Assembly (NCBI GenBank): GCA_963826115.1
Contig: CAWGVS010000002.1
Location: forward strand, 160,001-224,000
Source: an uncultured Candidatus Rokubacteria bacterium
GTDB taxonomy: Bacteria; Methylomirabilota; Methylomirabilia; Rokubacteriales; DASRDR01
Length of the DNA: 64,000 bases
Direction: 5' to 3'
Shown: piece by piece, positions 49,742 through 61,172 of the stretch
How the letters are laid out: the number at the start of each line of letters is the position of its first letter
How positions within the stretch are numbered: the first letter of the stretch is position 1
Position numbers and translations under genes: made by a program
The notes under the pieces: model-generated
What the model was told of the DNA's origin: nothing
The model's database searches: none
What the model saw: only the letters and a program-made list of their open reading frames with translations

Positions 49742-51027
49742 CCCTCGGCGCGACGCTCACGATCGTCTTCCTGTGCCTCCTCGCGTCCGCCTTCTTCTCG
49801 AGCGCGGAGATCGCGTTCCTGGCCGCCAACCGCGTCCGCCTCCGCCACCTGGCGGAGCAGGGTCGCCGGGTGGCCCGGGGCTACATGGAGGCGTTCCAGC
49901 ACCCGGAGCAGCTCCTGTCCACCGCGATGATGGGGGTGACGATCGCCCACGTCGTGTCCTCGGCGATGGCGACGGCCGCCCTGCTCCCGTGGGTGGGCGG
50001 CCAGGCCTCGCTCTGGGCGACGGTGGTGCTGACGCCGCTCATGCTGGTGTTCGGCGAGATCCTGCCGAAGGCGCTGACCCAGCCCCGGGCGACCGAGATC
50101 GCGCTCCGCACCTTCGACCCCTTGCGCGCCGTCGCCTGGCTCCTCGCCCCCGTGGTGGGCCTCGCGAACCTCCTCGTGCGCGCGATCCTGGGTGGCCTCG
50201 GTCACGGGGAGCGCCGGGACCCGTTCGTCTCGCGGGCCGATCTCCGGCTCCTCGTCGAGCGCGAGCCGGACGGCACGACGGACGTCCGCGAGGAAGAGCG
50301 GGAGATGATCGAGGGGATCTTCGATCTCGTGGAGACGTCGGTGCGCGAGGTCATGGTGCCCCTGGTCGACGTCGTCGCCGTGCCCGAGGACGCGACCATC
50401 GACGAGGCGGTCGCGAAGGTGCGGGAGAGCGGGCACTCCCGCCTGCCCGTCTACCGGGAGCGCATCGACAACGTCGTGGGCGTCCTGGCCGCGCTCGACA
50501 TCCTCGGCCGCGGGGCCGCCGGCGAGACGCTCCGCACGCTCATGCGGCCGGCCCACTACGTCCCGGCCACCAAGCGCGTCAGCGACCTCCTGCCGGAGAT
50601 GCAGCGGCGCCGGATCCAGCTCGCCGTCGTGGTGGACGAGTACGGCGCGAGCCAGGGCATCGTGACGGTCGGGAACGTCATCGAGGAGATCGTGGGTGAG
50701 ATCCCCGACGACCGCGAGCGCACGCCCGCCCAGCTCGTGCGGCTGCCCGACGGGAGCTACCTCGTGAACGGCCGCATGTGGCTCGAGGAGCTGAACGAGG
50801 CCCTGGACTGGGAGCTGCCGACCAAGAAGGGCTACGAGACGGTGGCGGGGCTGATCCTGGCGTCCCTCGGCCGCATCCCCCGGCCCGGCGAGCAGGTCAC
50901 CGTCGGCAACTACGAGCTCGCCGTCGTCGACGCCGACGAGCGTCGCATCCTCAAGGTGAAGGTCCGGGCGCGCGAGCGGAAGGCCGACCCCGCTCCCGCG
51001 GCCCCCCAAGGAGGACACCCAGCATGA
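49738..51027 (+). CDS. Second CNNM/CorB-type transporter
   Basis: SAFFSSAEIA, FGEILPK, HSRLPVY, VVDEYG, ETVAG. Confidence 0.9.
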   Translation: MTLGATLTIVFLCLLASAFFSSAEIAFLAANRVRLRHLAEQGRRVARGYMEAFQHPEQLLSTAMMGVTIAHVVSSAMATAALLPWVGGQASLWATVVLTPLMLVFGEILPKALTQPRATEIALRTFDPLRAVAWLLAPVVGLANLLVRAILGGLGHGERRDPFVSRADLRLLVEREPDGTTDVREEEREMIEGIFDLVETSVREVMVPLVDVVAVPEDATIDEAVAKVRESGHSRLPVYRERIDNVVGVLAALDILGRGAAGETLRTLMRPAHYVPATKRVSDLLPEMQRRRIQLAVVVDEYGASQGIVTVGNVIEEIVGEIPDDRERTPAQLVRLPDGSYLVNGRMWLEELNEALDWELPTKKGYETVAGLILASLGRIPRPGEQVTVGNYELAVVDADERRILKVKVRARERKADPAPAAPQGGHPA

Positions 51028-51698
51028 CCGGCAGCATGGTGACGTTTCCCGCGAACGGGACCTCGACGTCCGGGTACCTCGCGACGCCCAAGCCGGGCGC
51101 GGGGCCGGGCGTCCTCGTCATCCAGGAGTGGTGGGGCCTGGTCCCCCACATCAAGCACGTGTGCGACCGTCTCGCCGCCGAGGGCTTCGTCGCGCTGGCG
51201 CCCGACATGTACCACGGACAGACCGCCAGCGAGCCCGACGGCGCGGGCAAGCTCTTCATGGCCCTCAACATCGCGCGCGCCGAGAAGGACCTCCGGGGCG
51301 CCGCGACGTACCTCCTCGGGCACTCGTCGTCGAAGACGCTCGGCGCGATCGGCTTCTGCATGGGCGGGCAGCTGGCGCTGTTCGCGGCGACGCTGAACCC
51401 CGCGGTGGGGGCGTGCGTGAACTTCTACGGCATCCACCCGAACGTGAAGCCCGACTACGCGAAGCTCGCCGGGCCCGTGCTCGGGCTCTACGCGGAGCAG
51501 GACGGCTTCGTCACGCCGGCGGTCGCGCGGCAGGTCGACACGGACATCCGGAAGGCGGGCAAGGCCTCGGAGATCCACATCTACCCGGGTGTCGACCACG
51601 CCTTCTTCAACGACGAGCGCCCCGACGTCTACAACCGGGCCGCCGCCGAGGACGCCTGGCGGCGGACGCTGACCTTCCTCCGCCAGCACCTCCGGTAG
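51024..51698 (+). CDS. Dienelactone hydrolase family
   Basis: QEWWG, GFCMGG, HAFFND. Confidence 0.92.
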   Translation: MTGSMVTFPANGTSTSGYLATPKPGAGPGVLVIQEWWGLVPHIKHVCDRLAAEGFVALAPDMYHGQTASEPDGAGKLFMALNIARAEKDLRGAATYLLGHSSSKTLGAIGFCMGGQLALFAATLNPAVGACVNFYGIHPNVKPDYAKLAGPVLGLYAEQDGFVTPAVARQVDTDIRKAGKASEIHIYPGVDHAFFNDERPDVYNRAAAEDAWRRTLTFLRQHLR

Positions 51699-51716
51699 CC
51701 GCGGGCCCCGAAACGC

Positions 51717-51745
51717 CGCGAGGGGGGCCCGGGGCCCCCCTCGCG
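51717..51745. terminator. Perfect inverted repeat between convergent genes
   Basis: CGCGAGGGGGGCCC-G-GGGCCCCCCTCGCG. Confidence 0.65.
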
Positions 51746-51775
51746 CAGAACCGTCTCGGCCGGCCGCGCGCCGCG

Positions 51776-52240
51776 CTAGGCGCCGCGGGCGGCGGCCGCC
51801 GCGGCCTTCCGCGCCTTCTTGGCTTCCTTGCCCTTCGGCTCGGCGGACTTCTTGCCCTTCTCGGACTTCTCCTTGGGGGCCTCGGGCCGGTCGACCAGCT
51901 CGAGGATCGCCAGCGGCGCGGCGTCGCCCCGCCGGGTCCCCATCTGGAGGATGCGCGTGTAGCCGCCGCGCCGGTCCGCGTAGCGGGCGCCGACGGTGTC
52001 GAAGAGCCGGTGCACGACCTTGACGTCGGGCACCAGGGTGAGCGCCTGGCGCCGCGCGTGGAGGTTGTCCGCCTTCGCGAGCGTCACCAGATGGTCCGCC
52101 AGCGGCCGCACGGCCTTGGCCTTGGCCAGGGTCGTCGTGATCCGCTCGTGGGTGAACAGCGCCGTGAGGAGGTTCCGGAACAGGGCCCAGCGGTGGGCCG
52201 TGAGCCGGCCGAGCTTCCAGCCGTCGCGCCTGTGTCTCAT
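51776..52240 (-). CDS. rplQ: 50S ribosomal protein L17
   Basis: MRHR..KLGR..HERITTT.AKAK, GGYTRI. Confidence 0.95.
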   Translation of the reverse strand: MRHRRDGWKLGRLTAHRWALFRNLLTALFTHERITTTLAKAKAVRPLADHLVTLAKADNLHARRQALTLVPDVKVVHRLFDTVGARYADRRGGYTRILQMGTRRGDAAPLAILELVDRPEAPKEKSEKGKKSAEPKGKEAKKARKAAAAAARGA

Positions 52241-52986
52241 GCGTCCCTCGAAGACTCCACCGAGGCCGCGGCCGCCGTAGGCTCGTCGTCCTCCTCCTCC
52301 GCCCCCGCCGGCGTGAACAGGTCGAAGTGGTCGCGCAGGAGCTTCGACGCCTGGAGGAAGGCATGGTCCGGGGCGATGCTGCCGTCGGTCGTGATCTCGA
52401 CCAAGAGTTTCTCGTAGTCGGTGATGTTGCCGAGCCGGGACATCTCCACCTGGTAGTTCACGCGCCGGATCGGCGAGAACGCCGAGTCGAGGCCGATCGC
52501 GCCCGCGGGCACGCTGTCCCCGTGCCGGTCGGCGGACACGTAGCCCCGGCCGGCGCGGATGCCCACGTCGAGCGTCAGCTTCCCGCCCGCCGTGACGGTG
52601 GCCAGGTGGAGGTCGGGGGTCACCACCTCGACCCCAGGCCCCGCGAGGTCGGCGCCGGTGGCGGCGCGCGGGCCCCGCACGTCGAGATGGGCCGTGCCCG
52701 TCTCGGCGTTGCCGGGAAGCCGCACGACCAGCTTCTTCATGTTGAGCAGGAGGTTGGCGAGATCCTCCTCGACGCCTGCCACGCGCTCGGCGTTCGCGCT
52801 CACGCCCGCGATCTTGACCCAGACCGGAGCCGTGCCGGGGACCGCCGACAGGAGCACCCGGCGGAGGGAGCCGCCGACCGTCAGCGCGTAGCCCTTCTCG
52901 AACGGTTCGGCCGCCATGCGGCCGAACGTCGGGGTCAGGTTCTCCCATTCGATGCGACGAGGACGCTGGAACATCAACCGCGGCAT
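52237..52986 (-). CDS. rpoA: RNA polymerase alpha subunit, NTD only (249 aa)
   Basis: EPFEKGY..SLRRVLLS, GVEED, GRGYVSA, DSAFSPIRRVNY, TDGSI; between rpsD and rplQ. Confidence 0.9.
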   Translation of the reverse strand: MPRLMFQRPRRIEWENLTPTFGRMAAEPFEKGYALTVGGSLRRVLLSAVPGTAPVWVKIAGVSANAERVAGVEEDLANLLLNMKKLVVRLPGNAETGTAHLDVRGPRAATGADLAGPGVEVVTPDLHLATVTAGGKLTLDVGIRAGRGYVSADRHGDSVPAGAIGLDSAFSPIRRVNYQVEMSRLGNITDYEKLLVEITTDGSIAPDHAFLQASKLLRDHFDLFTPAGAEEEDDEPTAAAASVESSRDA

Positions 52987-53000
52987 TCGTCCGACCTCTC

Positions 53001-53624
53001 TTACTTCGAGTACAGCTCGACGATGAGCTGCTCCTGCACCGGAATCTGGATGTCGTCGCGGAGCGGCAGGCTCCGGACGGTGCCCGACTTCTCGGGGGCC
53101 GCCAGCTCGAGCCACTGGGGCACGTGGCCCCGGCCCGCCGACAGGTTGTCCGTCACCCGGTCCTGGAACTTCGAGGTCGGCCGGAGCCGCACCTGGTCGC
53201 CGACCCGCACCAGGAACGACGGGACCGACACCCGTCGGCCGCTCACCTGGAAGTGCCCGTGCGCCACCATCTGCCGCGCCTCGGCCCTCGAGGCGGCAAA
53301 GCCGAGCCGGAACACGACGTTGTCGAGCCGCCGCTCCAGGAGCCGCAGGAGGTTCTCGCCCGTCACGCCCTTCTGGCCTTCGGCCTGGGCGAAGTAGCGC
53401 CGGAACTGACCCTCGAGGAGCCCGTAGATGCGCTTGGCCTTCTGCTTCTCCCGCAACTGCTGCCCGTACGCCGACTGCTTGGAGCGGCCCAGCCCGTGCT
53501 GGCCTGGCGGGTAGTTGCGGCGCTCGATGGCGCACTTGTCCGTGAAGCAGCGTGAGCCCTTGAGGAAGAGCTTCAGGCCCTCCCGCCGGCACAGCCGGCA
53601 GACCGCGTCGTTATACCTGGCCAA
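53001..53624 (-). CDS. rpsD: 30S ribosomal protein S4
   Basis: [31 protein letters not shown]; TTG start. Confidence 0.96.
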   Translation of the reverse strand: MARYNDAVCRLCRREGLKLFLKGSRCFTDKCAIERRNYPPGQHGLGRSKQSAYGQQLREKQKAKRIYGLLEGQFRRYFAQAEGQKGVTGENLLRLLERRLDNVVFRLGFAASRAEARQMVAHGHFQVSGRRVSVPSFLVRVGDQVRLRPTSKFQDRVTDNLSAGRGHVPQWLELAAPEKSGTVRSLPLRDDIQIPVQEQLIVELYSK

Positions 53625-53639
53625 CTTCCATCCTCCTCG

Positions 53640-54044
53640 CTACACCCGGCGCCGCTTGGGTGGGCGGCAGCCGTCGTGCGGGATCGGCGTGACGTCGTGG
53701 ATCGCCGTGATCTCCAGGCCCACCGCCTGCAGCGAGCGGATCGCGGCTTCCCGGCCCGCGCCGGGACCCTTCACGTAGACCTCGACCTGCTTGAGTCCGA
53801 TCTCCATGGCCTTCCGCGCCGCCGACTCGGCCGCCATCTGCGCGGCGAACGGGGTGCTCTTGCGCGAGCCCTTGAAGCCCACGCTCCCGGCGCTCGCCCA
53901 CGCGACCACTCCGCCCATCTTGTCGGTGAGGGTCACGATCGTGTTGTTGAACGTCGCCTGCACGTGGGCGATCCCCGTGCGGACCTCGCGCCGTTCCTTC
54001 TTCTTCCCGCTCTTGCGCGGCTTGCCGGTCCCCGCTTCAGCCAT
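53640..54044 (-). CDS. rpsK: 30S ribosomal protein S11
   Basis: [21 protein letters not shown]. Confidence 0.96.
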   Translation of the reverse strand: MAEAGTGKPRKSGKKKERREVRTGIAHVQATFNNTIVTLTDKMGGVVAWASAGSVGFKGSRKSTPFAAQMAAESAARKAMEIGLKQVEVYVKGPGAGREAAIRSLQAVGLEITAIHDVTPIPHDGCRPPKRRRV

Positions 54045-54050
54045 GGTGCC

Positions 54051-54452
54051 CTATGCCTTCCCCGTCGTCGGGTTCTTGCTGGTGGCCTTCTTCCGGATGC
54101 CGACCCCGCGCCGGGGGCCCTTCCGGGTCCGCGCGTTCGTATGGGTGCGCTGCCCCCGGACGGGCAGGCCCTTCCGGTGCCGGATGCCCCGGTAGCTGCC
54201 GATGTCCATGAGGCGCTTGACGTTCATGGTGACCTCGCGCCGGAGGTCGCCTTCGACCCGCTGCTCGCGGTCGATCACCTCGCGGACCCGCGCGGTCTCG
54301 TCCTCGGTCCACTCCCGCACCCGGCGGTTCAGATCCACCGCCGCCCGGTTCAGGATGCGCCGGGCCGACGAGCGCCCGATGCCGAAGATGTACGTCAAGG
54401 CGACCTCGCCCCGCTTGTCCCGGGGCAGATCCACTCCCGCCACGCGTGCCAT
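54051..54452 (-). CDS. rpsM: 30S ribosomal protein S13
   Basis: [17 protein letters not shown]. Confidence 0.96.
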   Translation of the reverse strand: MARVAGVDLPRDKRGEVALTYIFGIGRSSARRILNRAAVDLNRRVREWTEDETARVREVIDREQRVEGDLRREVTMNVKRLMDIGSYRGIRHRKGLPVRGQRTHTNARTRKGPRRGVGIRKKATSKNPTTGKA

Positions 54453-54476
54453 ACGCCTGTCCTCTCCCGCCGCGCG

Positions 54477-54590
54477 TCAGCCCTGGCGCTGCTTGTGGCG
54501 CACGTTCGTGCAGATGACCCGCACGACGCCCTTGCGCCGGATGATCTTGCACTTCTCGCATCGCGTCCTGACCGATGGTCGTACTTTCAT
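54477..54590 (-). CDS. rpmJ: 50S ribosomal protein L36 (absent from the ORF track)
   Basis: Translates [37 protein letters not shown]. Confidence 0.95.
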   Translation of the reverse strand: MKVRPSVRTRCEKCKIIRRKGVVRVICTNVRHKQRQG

Positions 54591-54617
54591 CGTCGGTTCT
54601 TCCTGACCCCGGTCGCT

Positions 54618-54884
54618 CTACTTGAACCGGTACGTGATCCGGCCCCGCGTCAGGTCGTACGCCGACAGCTCGACCTTGACCCGGTCGCCGGGCAGGATCC
54701 GGATAAAGTGCATGCGCATCTTGCCCGAGACATGGGTCAGCACGCGGTGCCCGTTGTCCAGCTCGACCCGGAACATGGCATTCGGCAGGGGCTCGACCAC
54801 CTTGCCCTCCACCTCGATCGCGTCGTCCTTGGGCTTCTTGCCCTCCCGCTCCTCGGGAAACTGGCCGCGTCGCCGCCGCCCCAT
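54618..54884 (-). CDS. infA: Translation initiation factor IF-1
   Basis: [31 protein letters not shown]. Confidence 0.95.
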   Translation of the reverse strand: MGRRRRGQFPEEREGKKPKDDAIEVEGKVVEPLPNAMFRVELDNGHRVLTHVSGKMRMHFIRILPGDRVKVELSAYDLTRGRITYRFK

Positions 54885-55648
54885 CAGGCCGCCTCCCTCG
54901 CGTCCGCCGTGAGCACGTCCGGGCCGCGCTCGGTGACGGCCACCGTGTGCTCGAAGTGCGCCGCCAGGCTCCCGTCCGCGGTCACCGCCGTCCACCGGTC
55001 CTCGAGCACGCGCACCTCCCAGTGCCCCATCGTGACCATGGGCTCGAGGGCGAGCACCATGCCAGCCCGCAGCAAGGGCCCCCGGCCGGGCTCCCCGAAG
55101 TTCGGCACCTGGGGGTCCTCGTGGAGCGCGCGGCCGATGCCGTGCCCGACGAAGGCCCGCACGATCCCGAAACCCGCCGCCTCCACGTGCCGCTGGACCG
55201 CCGCCGACACGTCGCCCAGGCGCTGGCCGGGCCGACACTGCGCGATGGCCAGCTCCAGCGACTCGCGCGTCACGTCGAGCAGGCGCCGCGTCTCCTCGGC
55301 CACCTCGCCGACCGGCAGCGTCACGGCCGCGTCCGCGTAGTACCCCTCGACGATGGCGCCCAGGTCCAGGCCGATGATGTCCCCCTCCCGCAACCGGCGG
55401 CGGGCCGCCGGAATGCCGTGGACGACCTCCTCGTTGATCGAGGCGCAGATCGTGGCCGGGAAGCCGCGGTACCCCTTGAACGCCGGCTTCGCCTTCCGCT
55501 CCCGGATCAAGCCCTCCACTTCGCGGTCGATCTCGAGGGTCGACACCCCCGGCTTCACGAGGTCGCGGCACATCCGGAAGGCGTCGGCCAGGATCTGGCC
55601 GGCCTCGCGCATGTGCGCGATCTGGGCGGGCGACTTCAGCTCGATCAC
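54884..55648 (-). CDS. map: Methionine aminopeptidase
   Basis: [25 protein letters not shown]. Confidence 0.96.
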   Translation of the reverse strand: MIELKSPAQIAHMREAGQILADAFRMCRDLVKPGVSTLEIDREVEGLIRERKAKPAFKGYRGFPATICASINEEVVHGIPAARRRLREGDIIGLDLGAIVEGYYADAAVTLPVGEVAEETRRLLDVTRESLELAIAQCRPGQRLGDVSAAVQRHVEAAGFGIVRAFVGHGIGRALHEDPQVPNFGEPGRGPLLRAGMVLALEPMVTMGHWEVRVLEDRWTAVTADGSLAAHFEHTVAVTERGPDVLTADAREAA

Positions 55649-56295
55649 CGTGGACCCTCGGTGGCCGCCACGAGGTCCGCGTGGACGGCGTCCATCGTGC
55701 CGGCGCCGGTGATCGCGGTGAGGAGTCCGCGCCGCTGGTAGTAGTCGACGAGCGGGCGCGTGTCCCGCGCGTAGACGGCCAGCCGCCGCCGCACCGTCGC
55801 CTCCTCGTCATCCGTGCGCTGGTAGAGCTCCCCCCCGCACGCATCGCACCGGCCCGGCACCCGGGGCGGCGAGAGCGTCACGTGGTAGTTGCGGCCGCAG
55901 CTCCGGCACACCCGTCGACCGGTGAGGCGCGCCACCAGATCCTCGTCGGCGATCTGGAACAGCACCACGCGGTCGAGAGGCGTGCCCTCGGCCTCGAGGA
56001 GCTGGTCGAGGGCCGCCGCCTGGGCCGCCGTGCGCGGGAAGCCGTCCAGGACGAACCCCTTCCGGCCGTCCGGCTGGGCGAGCCGCTCGCGGACGAGCCC
56101 GATGATCACGGCGTCGGGCACGAGCTCCCCGGCGTCCATGTACCGGCGCGCCTCGAGCCCGAGCTGGGTCCCGTGGGCAACGGCCTCCCGGAGCATGTCC
56201 CCCGTCGCGACCTGGGGCACGCTCCACCGCGTGGCGAGACGCCGCGCCTGCGTCCCCTTTCCCGCGCCCGGAGGGCCGAGCAGCACGACCCGCAT
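55645..56295 (-). CDS. adk: Adenylate kinase
   Basis: [15 protein letters not shown], Zn-type LID CRSC..CDAC. Confidence 0.96.
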   Translation of the reverse strand: MRVVLLGPPGAGKGTQARRLATRWSVPQVATGDMLREAVAHGTQLGLEARRYMDAGELVPDAVIIGLVRERLAQPDGRKGFVLDGFPRTAAQAAALDQLLEAEGTPLDRVVLFQIADEDLVARLTGRRVCRSCGRNYHVTLSPPRVPGRCDACGGELYQRTDDEEATVRRRLAVYARDTRPLVDYYQRRGLLTAITGAGTMDAVHADLVAATEGPR

Positions 56296-56296
56296 G

Positions 56297-57619
56297 TCAG
56301 GCGCGCGCCTTCGTGCGGCGGCGGAGGAATCCCTCGTAGTGCCGCATCAGGAGGTGCGACTCCATCTGCCGCACGGTGTCGAGGGCCACGCCGACGACGA
56401 TGAGGAGGCTCGTGCCGCCGAAGTAGAACGGCACGTTGAACGCCCGGATCAGGAAGTCCGGCAAGACCGAGATCATGGCCAGGAAGATCGCGCCCGGCAG
56501 GGTGATCCGGGTCAGCACGCGGTCGATGTACTCCGAGGTCTTCTTCCCGGGGCGCACGCCGGGGATGAAGCCGCCGTACTTCTTCATGTTGTCCGCGAGG
56601 TCGTTCGGATTGAAGATGATCGCGGTGTAGAAGTACGTGAAAAAGATGATGAAGCCCATGTAGAGGACGTAGTAGAGGCCGTGCTGCGGCAGGGGGCCCG
56701 GCGAGAGCGCGTCGGACACCGCCTGCATCCACCAAGTCGGGACGAATCGGGCGAGCGTCGCCGGGAACAGGATCAACGACGAGGCGAAGATCACCGGGAT
56801 CACGCCGGCCGTGTTGATCCGGAGCGGGATGTGGGTCGATTGCCCTCCGTAGACCCGCCGCCCGACCACGCGTTTGGCGTACTGGACCTGGATTTTCCGC
56901 TGGCCCTCCTGCATGACGATGACCGCGGCGGTCACCCCCAGCATGAGCGCGATCACGCCCAGCAGCGCGAGCGGCTTGATCTCACCCGTACGGAGGAGCT
57001 GGAAGGTCCCCTCGAGCGCCGACGGCAGCCGGACCACGATGCCGGCGAAGATGATCAGCGAGATGCCGTTCCCGATCCCCTTCTCGGAGATCTGCTCGCC
57101 GAGCCACATGATCAGCGCGGTCCCCGACGTCAGCGTCATCATCGTGATCACGCGGAAGGCCCAGCCCTTGTTCGGCACCAGGGTGACCCCGCCCGCGTCC
57201 ATGCTCTCCAGGCCGATGGCGATGAACAGCGACTGGAACGCCGAGAGCACGATCGTGCCGTAGCGCGTGTACTGCGTGATCTTCTTGCGCCCGGCCTCGC
57301 CCTCCTTGGCCAGCCGCTCGAGGGCCGGCACCACGACCGTCAGGAGCTGGAGGATGATCGAGGCGGAGATGTACGGCATGATCCCGAGGGCGAACACCGT
57401 CAGGCTGCGGAGGTTGCCACCCGAGAAGAGATCCACCAGCCCCAGGAGGGTTCCCTGGACGCTGTCGAAGAACCGCGCGAGCGCGGCGGCGTCGACGCCC
57501 GGGGTGGGCACGTGCGCGCCGAGCCGGTACGCGGCCAGGAGCCCCGCCGTCACCAGGAGCCGGCGCTTGAGCTCCGGGATCTTGGTGACGTTCTGGAGGT
57601 TCTGGAGGATCTCGATCAC
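56297..57619 (-). CDS. secY: Preprotein translocase SecY
   Basis: [41 protein letters not shown]. Confidence 0.96.
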   Translation of the reverse strand: MIEILQNLQNVTKIPELKRRLLVTAGLLAAYRLGAHVPTPGVDAAALARFFDSVQGTLLGLVDLFSGGNLRSLTVFALGIMPYISASIILQLLTVVVPALERLAKEGEAGRKKITQYTRYGTIVLSAFQSLFIAIGLESMDAGGVTLVPNKGWAFRVITMMTLTSGTALIMWLGEQISEKGIGNGISLIIFAGIVVRLPSALEGTFQLLRTGEIKPLALLGVIALMLGVTAAVIVMQEGQRKIQVQYAKRVVGRRVYGGQSTHIPLRINTAGVIPVIFASSLILFPATLARFVPTWWMQAVSDALSPGPLPQHGLYYVLYMGFIIFFTYFYTAIIFNPNDLADNMKKYGGFIPGVRPGKKTSEYIDRVLTRITLPGAIFLAMISVLPDFLIRAFNVPFYFGGTSLLIVVGVALDTVRQMESHLLMRHYEGFLRRRTKARA

Positions 57620-58074
57620 GCCGACAGCACCTCGGTCCGGCCGCCCGCCGCCGCGATCTTGGCCGCCGCCGCCTTGGAGAAGGCGTGGGCGCGCACCATC
57701 AGCGCGGTCCCGGCCGCCAGCTCGCCGTCGCCCAGCACCTTGACCAGGCCGCTCTCGCCCGCCTTCACGAGCCCCGCGCCCACGAGGGCCTCGGGACCGA
57801 CCTCCCCGCCCTTGGGGAAGCACCGGGCCAGGTCGCTCAGGTTCACCACGGCGAACTCGCGGTGGAACCGGTTCTTGAAGCCCCGCTTGGGGATCCGGCG
57901 GTAGAGCGGCATCTGCCCGCCCTCGAAGCCCGGGCCCTTGCCGCCGCCCGAGCGCGCCTTGTGCCCCTTGTGCCCCTTCGTGGACGTCTTGCCGTGGCCC
58001 GACCCGGGCCCGCGACCCACGCGCTTGCGTGGCTTCCGGGCGCCGCGCGGGGGCCGGAGATCCCCGAGCTTCAT
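57616..58074 (-). CDS. rplO: 50S ribosomal protein L15
   Basis: [19 protein letters not shown]. Confidence 0.96.
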   Translation of the reverse strand: MKLGDLRPPRGARKPRKRVGRGPGSGHGKTSTKGHKGHKARSGGGKGPGFEGGQMPLYRRIPKRGFKNRFHREFAVVNLSDLARCFPKGGEVGPEALVGAGLVKAGESGLVKVLGDGELAAGTALMVRAHAFSKAAAAKIAAAGGRTEVLSA

Positions 58075-58322
58075 GCCGAGCGCTCCTTCGTGGGCCGGGC
58101 GGCCGTGGCGGTCCCGCGGCTCGTGGGGACGGCGCCCGTCACCGGCATCACCTCGATGGCGTACGACACCCGCGCGATCATGCCGCGGATCACCGGCGTG
58201 TCGTGGTGGACGACGCTCGCGCGGATCCGCCGCAGCCCGAGCGCCTCGAGCGTGCGCACGTGACCCGGCAGGAGGCCGATCCGGCTGCGCACGAGGCTGA
58301 TCTTCAGCTTGCTGCTAGACAA
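58071..58322 (-). CDS. rpmD: 50S ribosomal protein L30
   Basis: [18 protein letters not shown]; position between rpsE and rplO. Confidence 0.9.
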   Translation of the reverse strand: MSSSKLKISLVRSRIGLLPGHVRTLEALGLRRIRASVVHHDTPVIRGMIARVSYAIEVMPVTGAVPTSRGTATAARPTKERSA

Positions 58323-58833
58323 GGACGGTCTCCTCCGCCTCCGCGGTCCCCTTGCGCCGGAGCCCCTGGAGATCCTGGAGCTTCCGGATTCGCCGGAGCG
58401 CGTCCAGGGTCGCCTTGAGCACGTTGTGCGGGTTGTGCGAGCCCAGCGTCTTCGTCAGCACGTCCTGGATACCCGCCGCCTCCAGCACCGCCCGGACCGC
58501 GCCGCCCGCGATCAAGCCCGTGCCCTGCGTGGCCGGGCGGAGGAACACGCGCCCCGAGCCGTAGTGCCCGGTGATCTCGCAGGGGAGCGTCGTGTCGCGG
58601 AGCGGGACGTAGAGCAGATCCTTCTTCGCGTGCTCGACGGCCTTCCGGATCGCCTCGGGGACCTCGTGCGCTTTCCCGAGACCCACGCCCACGTGCCCGC
58701 CGCCGTCGCCCACGACGACGAGGGCGGTGAAGGAGAACCGACGTCCGCCCTTCACCACCTTGGCCACGCGATTGATGGCGACCACCTTGTCCTTCAGCTC
58801 GAGCCCGCTCGGATCGATGCGCCCCTCCGCCAT
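58315..58833 (-). CDS. rpsE: 30S ribosomal protein S5
   Basis: [23 protein letters not shown]. Confidence 0.96.
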   Translation of the reverse strand: MAEGRIDPSGLELKDKVVAINRVAKVVKGGRRFSFTALVVVGDGGGHVGVGLGKAHEVPEAIRKAVEHAKKDLLYVPLRDTTLPCEITGHYGSGRVFLRPATQGTGLIAGGAVRAVLEAAGIQDVLTKTLGSHNPHNVLKATLDALRRIRKLQDLQGLRRKGTAEAEETVLV

Positions 58834-58856
58834 GTCCTCTCCAGTCGTCCCGGCCG

Positions 58857-59222
58857 CTAGAACACGAGGCCCGCGGCGCGCGCCGCGTCCGCCAGGGCCT
58901 TCACGCGGCCGTGGTACTTGTAGCCGCCGCGGTCGAACACGACCGCCGCGATCCCCCCGGCCTTGGCCTTCCGGGCGATCAGGTCGCCCACCGCCTTCGC
59001 CGCCGCCACGTTGCCGCCCGTGCGCAGCGTGTCCCGGAGCTCGGGCGACAGGCTGCCCGCCGCGACCACCGTGACGCCCCGCTCGTCGTCGACCACCTGG
59101 GCGTAGATGTGCTTGACGCTCCGGAACACCACCAAGCGGGGGCGCTCCACCGATCCGCGCACGACGCGCCGGATGCGGCGGTGCCGCTTCACCCGTCCCT
59201 CCACGCGCTCTCTCACGCCCAC
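58857..59222 (-). CDS. rplR: 50S ribosomal protein L18
   Basis: [22 protein letters not shown]. Confidence 0.96.
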   Translation of the reverse strand: MGVRERVEGRVKRHRRIRRVVRGSVERPRLVVFRSVKHIYAQVVDDERGVTVVAAGSLSPELRDTLRTGGNVAAAKAVGDLIARKAKAGGIAAVVFDRGGYKYHGRVKALADAARAAGLVF

Positions 59223-59249
59223 CGTCGTCTCTCCTCGGGGAATCGCCGG

Positions 59250-59789
59250 CTACTTGGCGCCGGTCTTCCCGACCTTCTTGCGGACCACTTCGCCCGCGTA
59301 GCGCACGCCCTTGCCCTTGTACGAGTCGGGCGGCCGCAGGGCCCGAAGCTGCGCCGCGGTCTGGCCGACCAGGTACTTGTCCACGCCGCGGAGCGTGATC
59401 GCCGTCTGCTTGTCCACCTCGGCGGTCACACCGTCCGGCAGCGGGAACACGATCGGGTGCGAGTAGCCCAGGGCGAACGTGAGGTTCTTCCCGGCCTGCT
59501 GGACCCGGTACCCGATCCCCTGGATCTCGAGCTTCCGCTCGAAGCCCTCGGTGACCCCCTGGACCATGTTCGCGACCAGGGCCCGCGTGAGCCCGTGGAG
59601 CGCCCGCGCCGTCCGGTTCTCGGCGCCGCGCGCCACCACCACGCTGCCCTCGGCGACCTTCACCGAGCAGAGCTCGTGGACGCGAAGCTCGAGGCGGCCC
59701 TTCGGACCCTTGACCTCGACCTGCTGCCCCTGGATGCCCACCTGGACACCCTTGGGGATCGTGATCGGCTTCCTGCCTATCCTCGACAT
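59250..59789 (-). CDS. rplF: 50S ribosomal protein L6
   Basis: [23 protein letters not shown]. Confidence 0.96.
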   Translation of the reverse strand: MSRIGRKPITIPKGVQVGIQGQQVEVKGPKGRLELRVHELCSVKVAEGSVVVARGAENRTARALHGLTRALVANMVQGVTEGFERKLEIQGIGYRVQQAGKNLTFALGYSHPIVFPLPDGVTAEVDKQTAITLRGVDKYLVGQTAAQLRALRPPDSYKGKGVRYAGEVVRKKVGKTGAK

Positions 59790-59829
59790 CGTCTCGTCCC
59801 TCGCCCCGGTCGCAGCCCGGCGGGCCGCG

Positions 59830-60231
59830 CTACCAGACGTAGCAGAGGACCTCCCCGCCCACCTTCGCCTTGCGGGACTCCCGGTCCGTGAGCACGCCGC
59901 GCGGCGTGGACAGGATCGCCACACCCATCCCGCCGAGCACGCTCGGGATCCGGTCGGCCCCCACGTACAGCCGGCGCCCCGGCTTGGACACCCGCCGGAG
60001 CCCGCTGATCACCCGCTCCTGCCCCGGGCCGTACTTCAGGTAGACGCGGAGCACGCCCTGGTGCTTGTCCTCGAGGAGCCGGAAGTTCTTGATGAACCCC
60101 TCCTCCTTCAGGATCTCCGCCAGCCGCACCTTCAGCTTCGAGGCCGGGATGTCGACCTTCTCGTGCTCGGCCAGGCTGCCGTTGCGGATGCGCGTCAGCA
60201 GGTCCGCCACCGGATCCGTCACCATCGCCAT
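59830..60231 (-). CDS. rpsH: 30S ribosomal protein S8
   Basis: [29 protein letters not shown]. Confidence 0.96.
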   Translation of the reverse strand: MAMVTDPVADLLTRIRNGSLAEHEKVDIPASKLKVRLAEILKEEGFIKNFRLLEDKHQGVLRVYLKYGPGQERVISGLRRVSKPGRRLYVGADRIPSVLGGMGVAILSTPRGVLTDRESRKAKVGGEVLCYVW

Positions 60232-60254
60232 GAATCGCTCTCCCTCGGCCCGGC

Positions 60255-60440
60255 CTACCAGGAGGCCTTCGCCACGCCCGGGATCTCGCCGCGCAGGGCC
60301 AGGCCTCGGAAGCAGATGCGGCACAGCATGAACTTGCGGAGGTAGCCCCGCGGCCGCCCGCAGAGCCGGCACCGCGTGTAGGCGCGCACCTTGAACTTCG
60401 GCGTGCTCCGCTGCTTGTTGATCAGGGACGTCTTTGCCAT
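60255..60440 (-). CDS. rpsZ: 30S ribosomal protein S14 type Z
   Basis: 61 aa; CRLC..CRIC. Confidence 0.95.
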   Translation of the reverse strand: MAKTSLINKQRSTPKFKVRAYTRCRLCGRPRGYLRKFMLCRICFRGLALRGEIPGVAKASW

Positions 60441-60455
60441 GGGCTTGTTCTCCGC

Positions 60456-61160
60456 CTACTCGCGGAACGGGACGCCGAGGTGCGTCAGGAGGGCCTTCGC
60501 TTCCTCGTCGGTCTCGGCCGTCGTGCAGATGATGATGTCCATCCCCCGGACCTTGTCGATCTTGTCGTACAGGATCTCCGGGAAGATGATCTGCTCCTTG
60601 AGTCCGAGGGCGTAGTTCCCGCGCCCGTCGAACGACTTGGGGGAGACCCCCCGGAAGTCGCGCACGCGCGGCAGGGCCACGCTCACCAGACGGTCGAGGA
60701 ACTCGTACATCCGCGCGCCGCGGAGCGTCGTCTTCGCCCCCACCGGCATGCCCTCGCGGACCTTGAACGCGGCAATCGACTTCTTCGCCTTTGTGATCAC
60801 GGCCTTCTGGCCCGTGATCGCCACCATGTCGGCGGCGGCGGCGTCCAATGCCTTCGCGTTCTCCTTGGCCTCGCCGAGTCCCATGTTGAGCACGATCTTG
60901 ACGAGACGCGGAGCCTGGTGCGGGTTCTTGTACCCCCGCTCCTGCATGAGGGCGGGCACGATGGCGGTCCGGTACCGCTCGCGCATCCGCGGCGGGACCG
61001 TCCCCGTGCCGCGCGCCTTGGTTGGCGCCGCCGCCGGGGCGGCCTTGGCCGCCGTGGCGCCCTTGCCGCCGCGCGCGGGCGTCCCGGGCTTGCCACCCCC
61101 CGCCGGCTTGGCCCCGGGCGCCTTCGCCGGCGCGCCCTCGGGCTTGTCTCCCTTCGCCAT
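60456..61160 (-). CDS. rplE: 50S ribosomal protein L5 with long N-terminal extension
   Basis: [27 protein letters not shown]. Confidence 0.95.
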   Translation of the reverse strand: MAKGDKPEGAPAKAPGAKPAGGGKPGTPARGGKGATAAKAAPAAAPTKARGTGTVPPRMRERYRTAIVPALMQERGYKNPHQAPRLVKIVLNMGLGEAKENAKALDAAAADMVAITGQKAVITKAKKSIAAFKVREGMPVGAKTTLRGARMYEFLDRLVSVALPRVRDFRGVSPKSFDGRGNYALGLKEQIIFPEILYDKIDKVRGMDIIICTTAETDEEAKALLTHLGVPFRE

Positions 61161-61172
61161 CGCCCGTCTCCT

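Noticed and set aside
48416-51027. Tandem CNNM/CorB genes as a novelty
   Set aside because: Paired DUF21-CBS genes are common in bacteria
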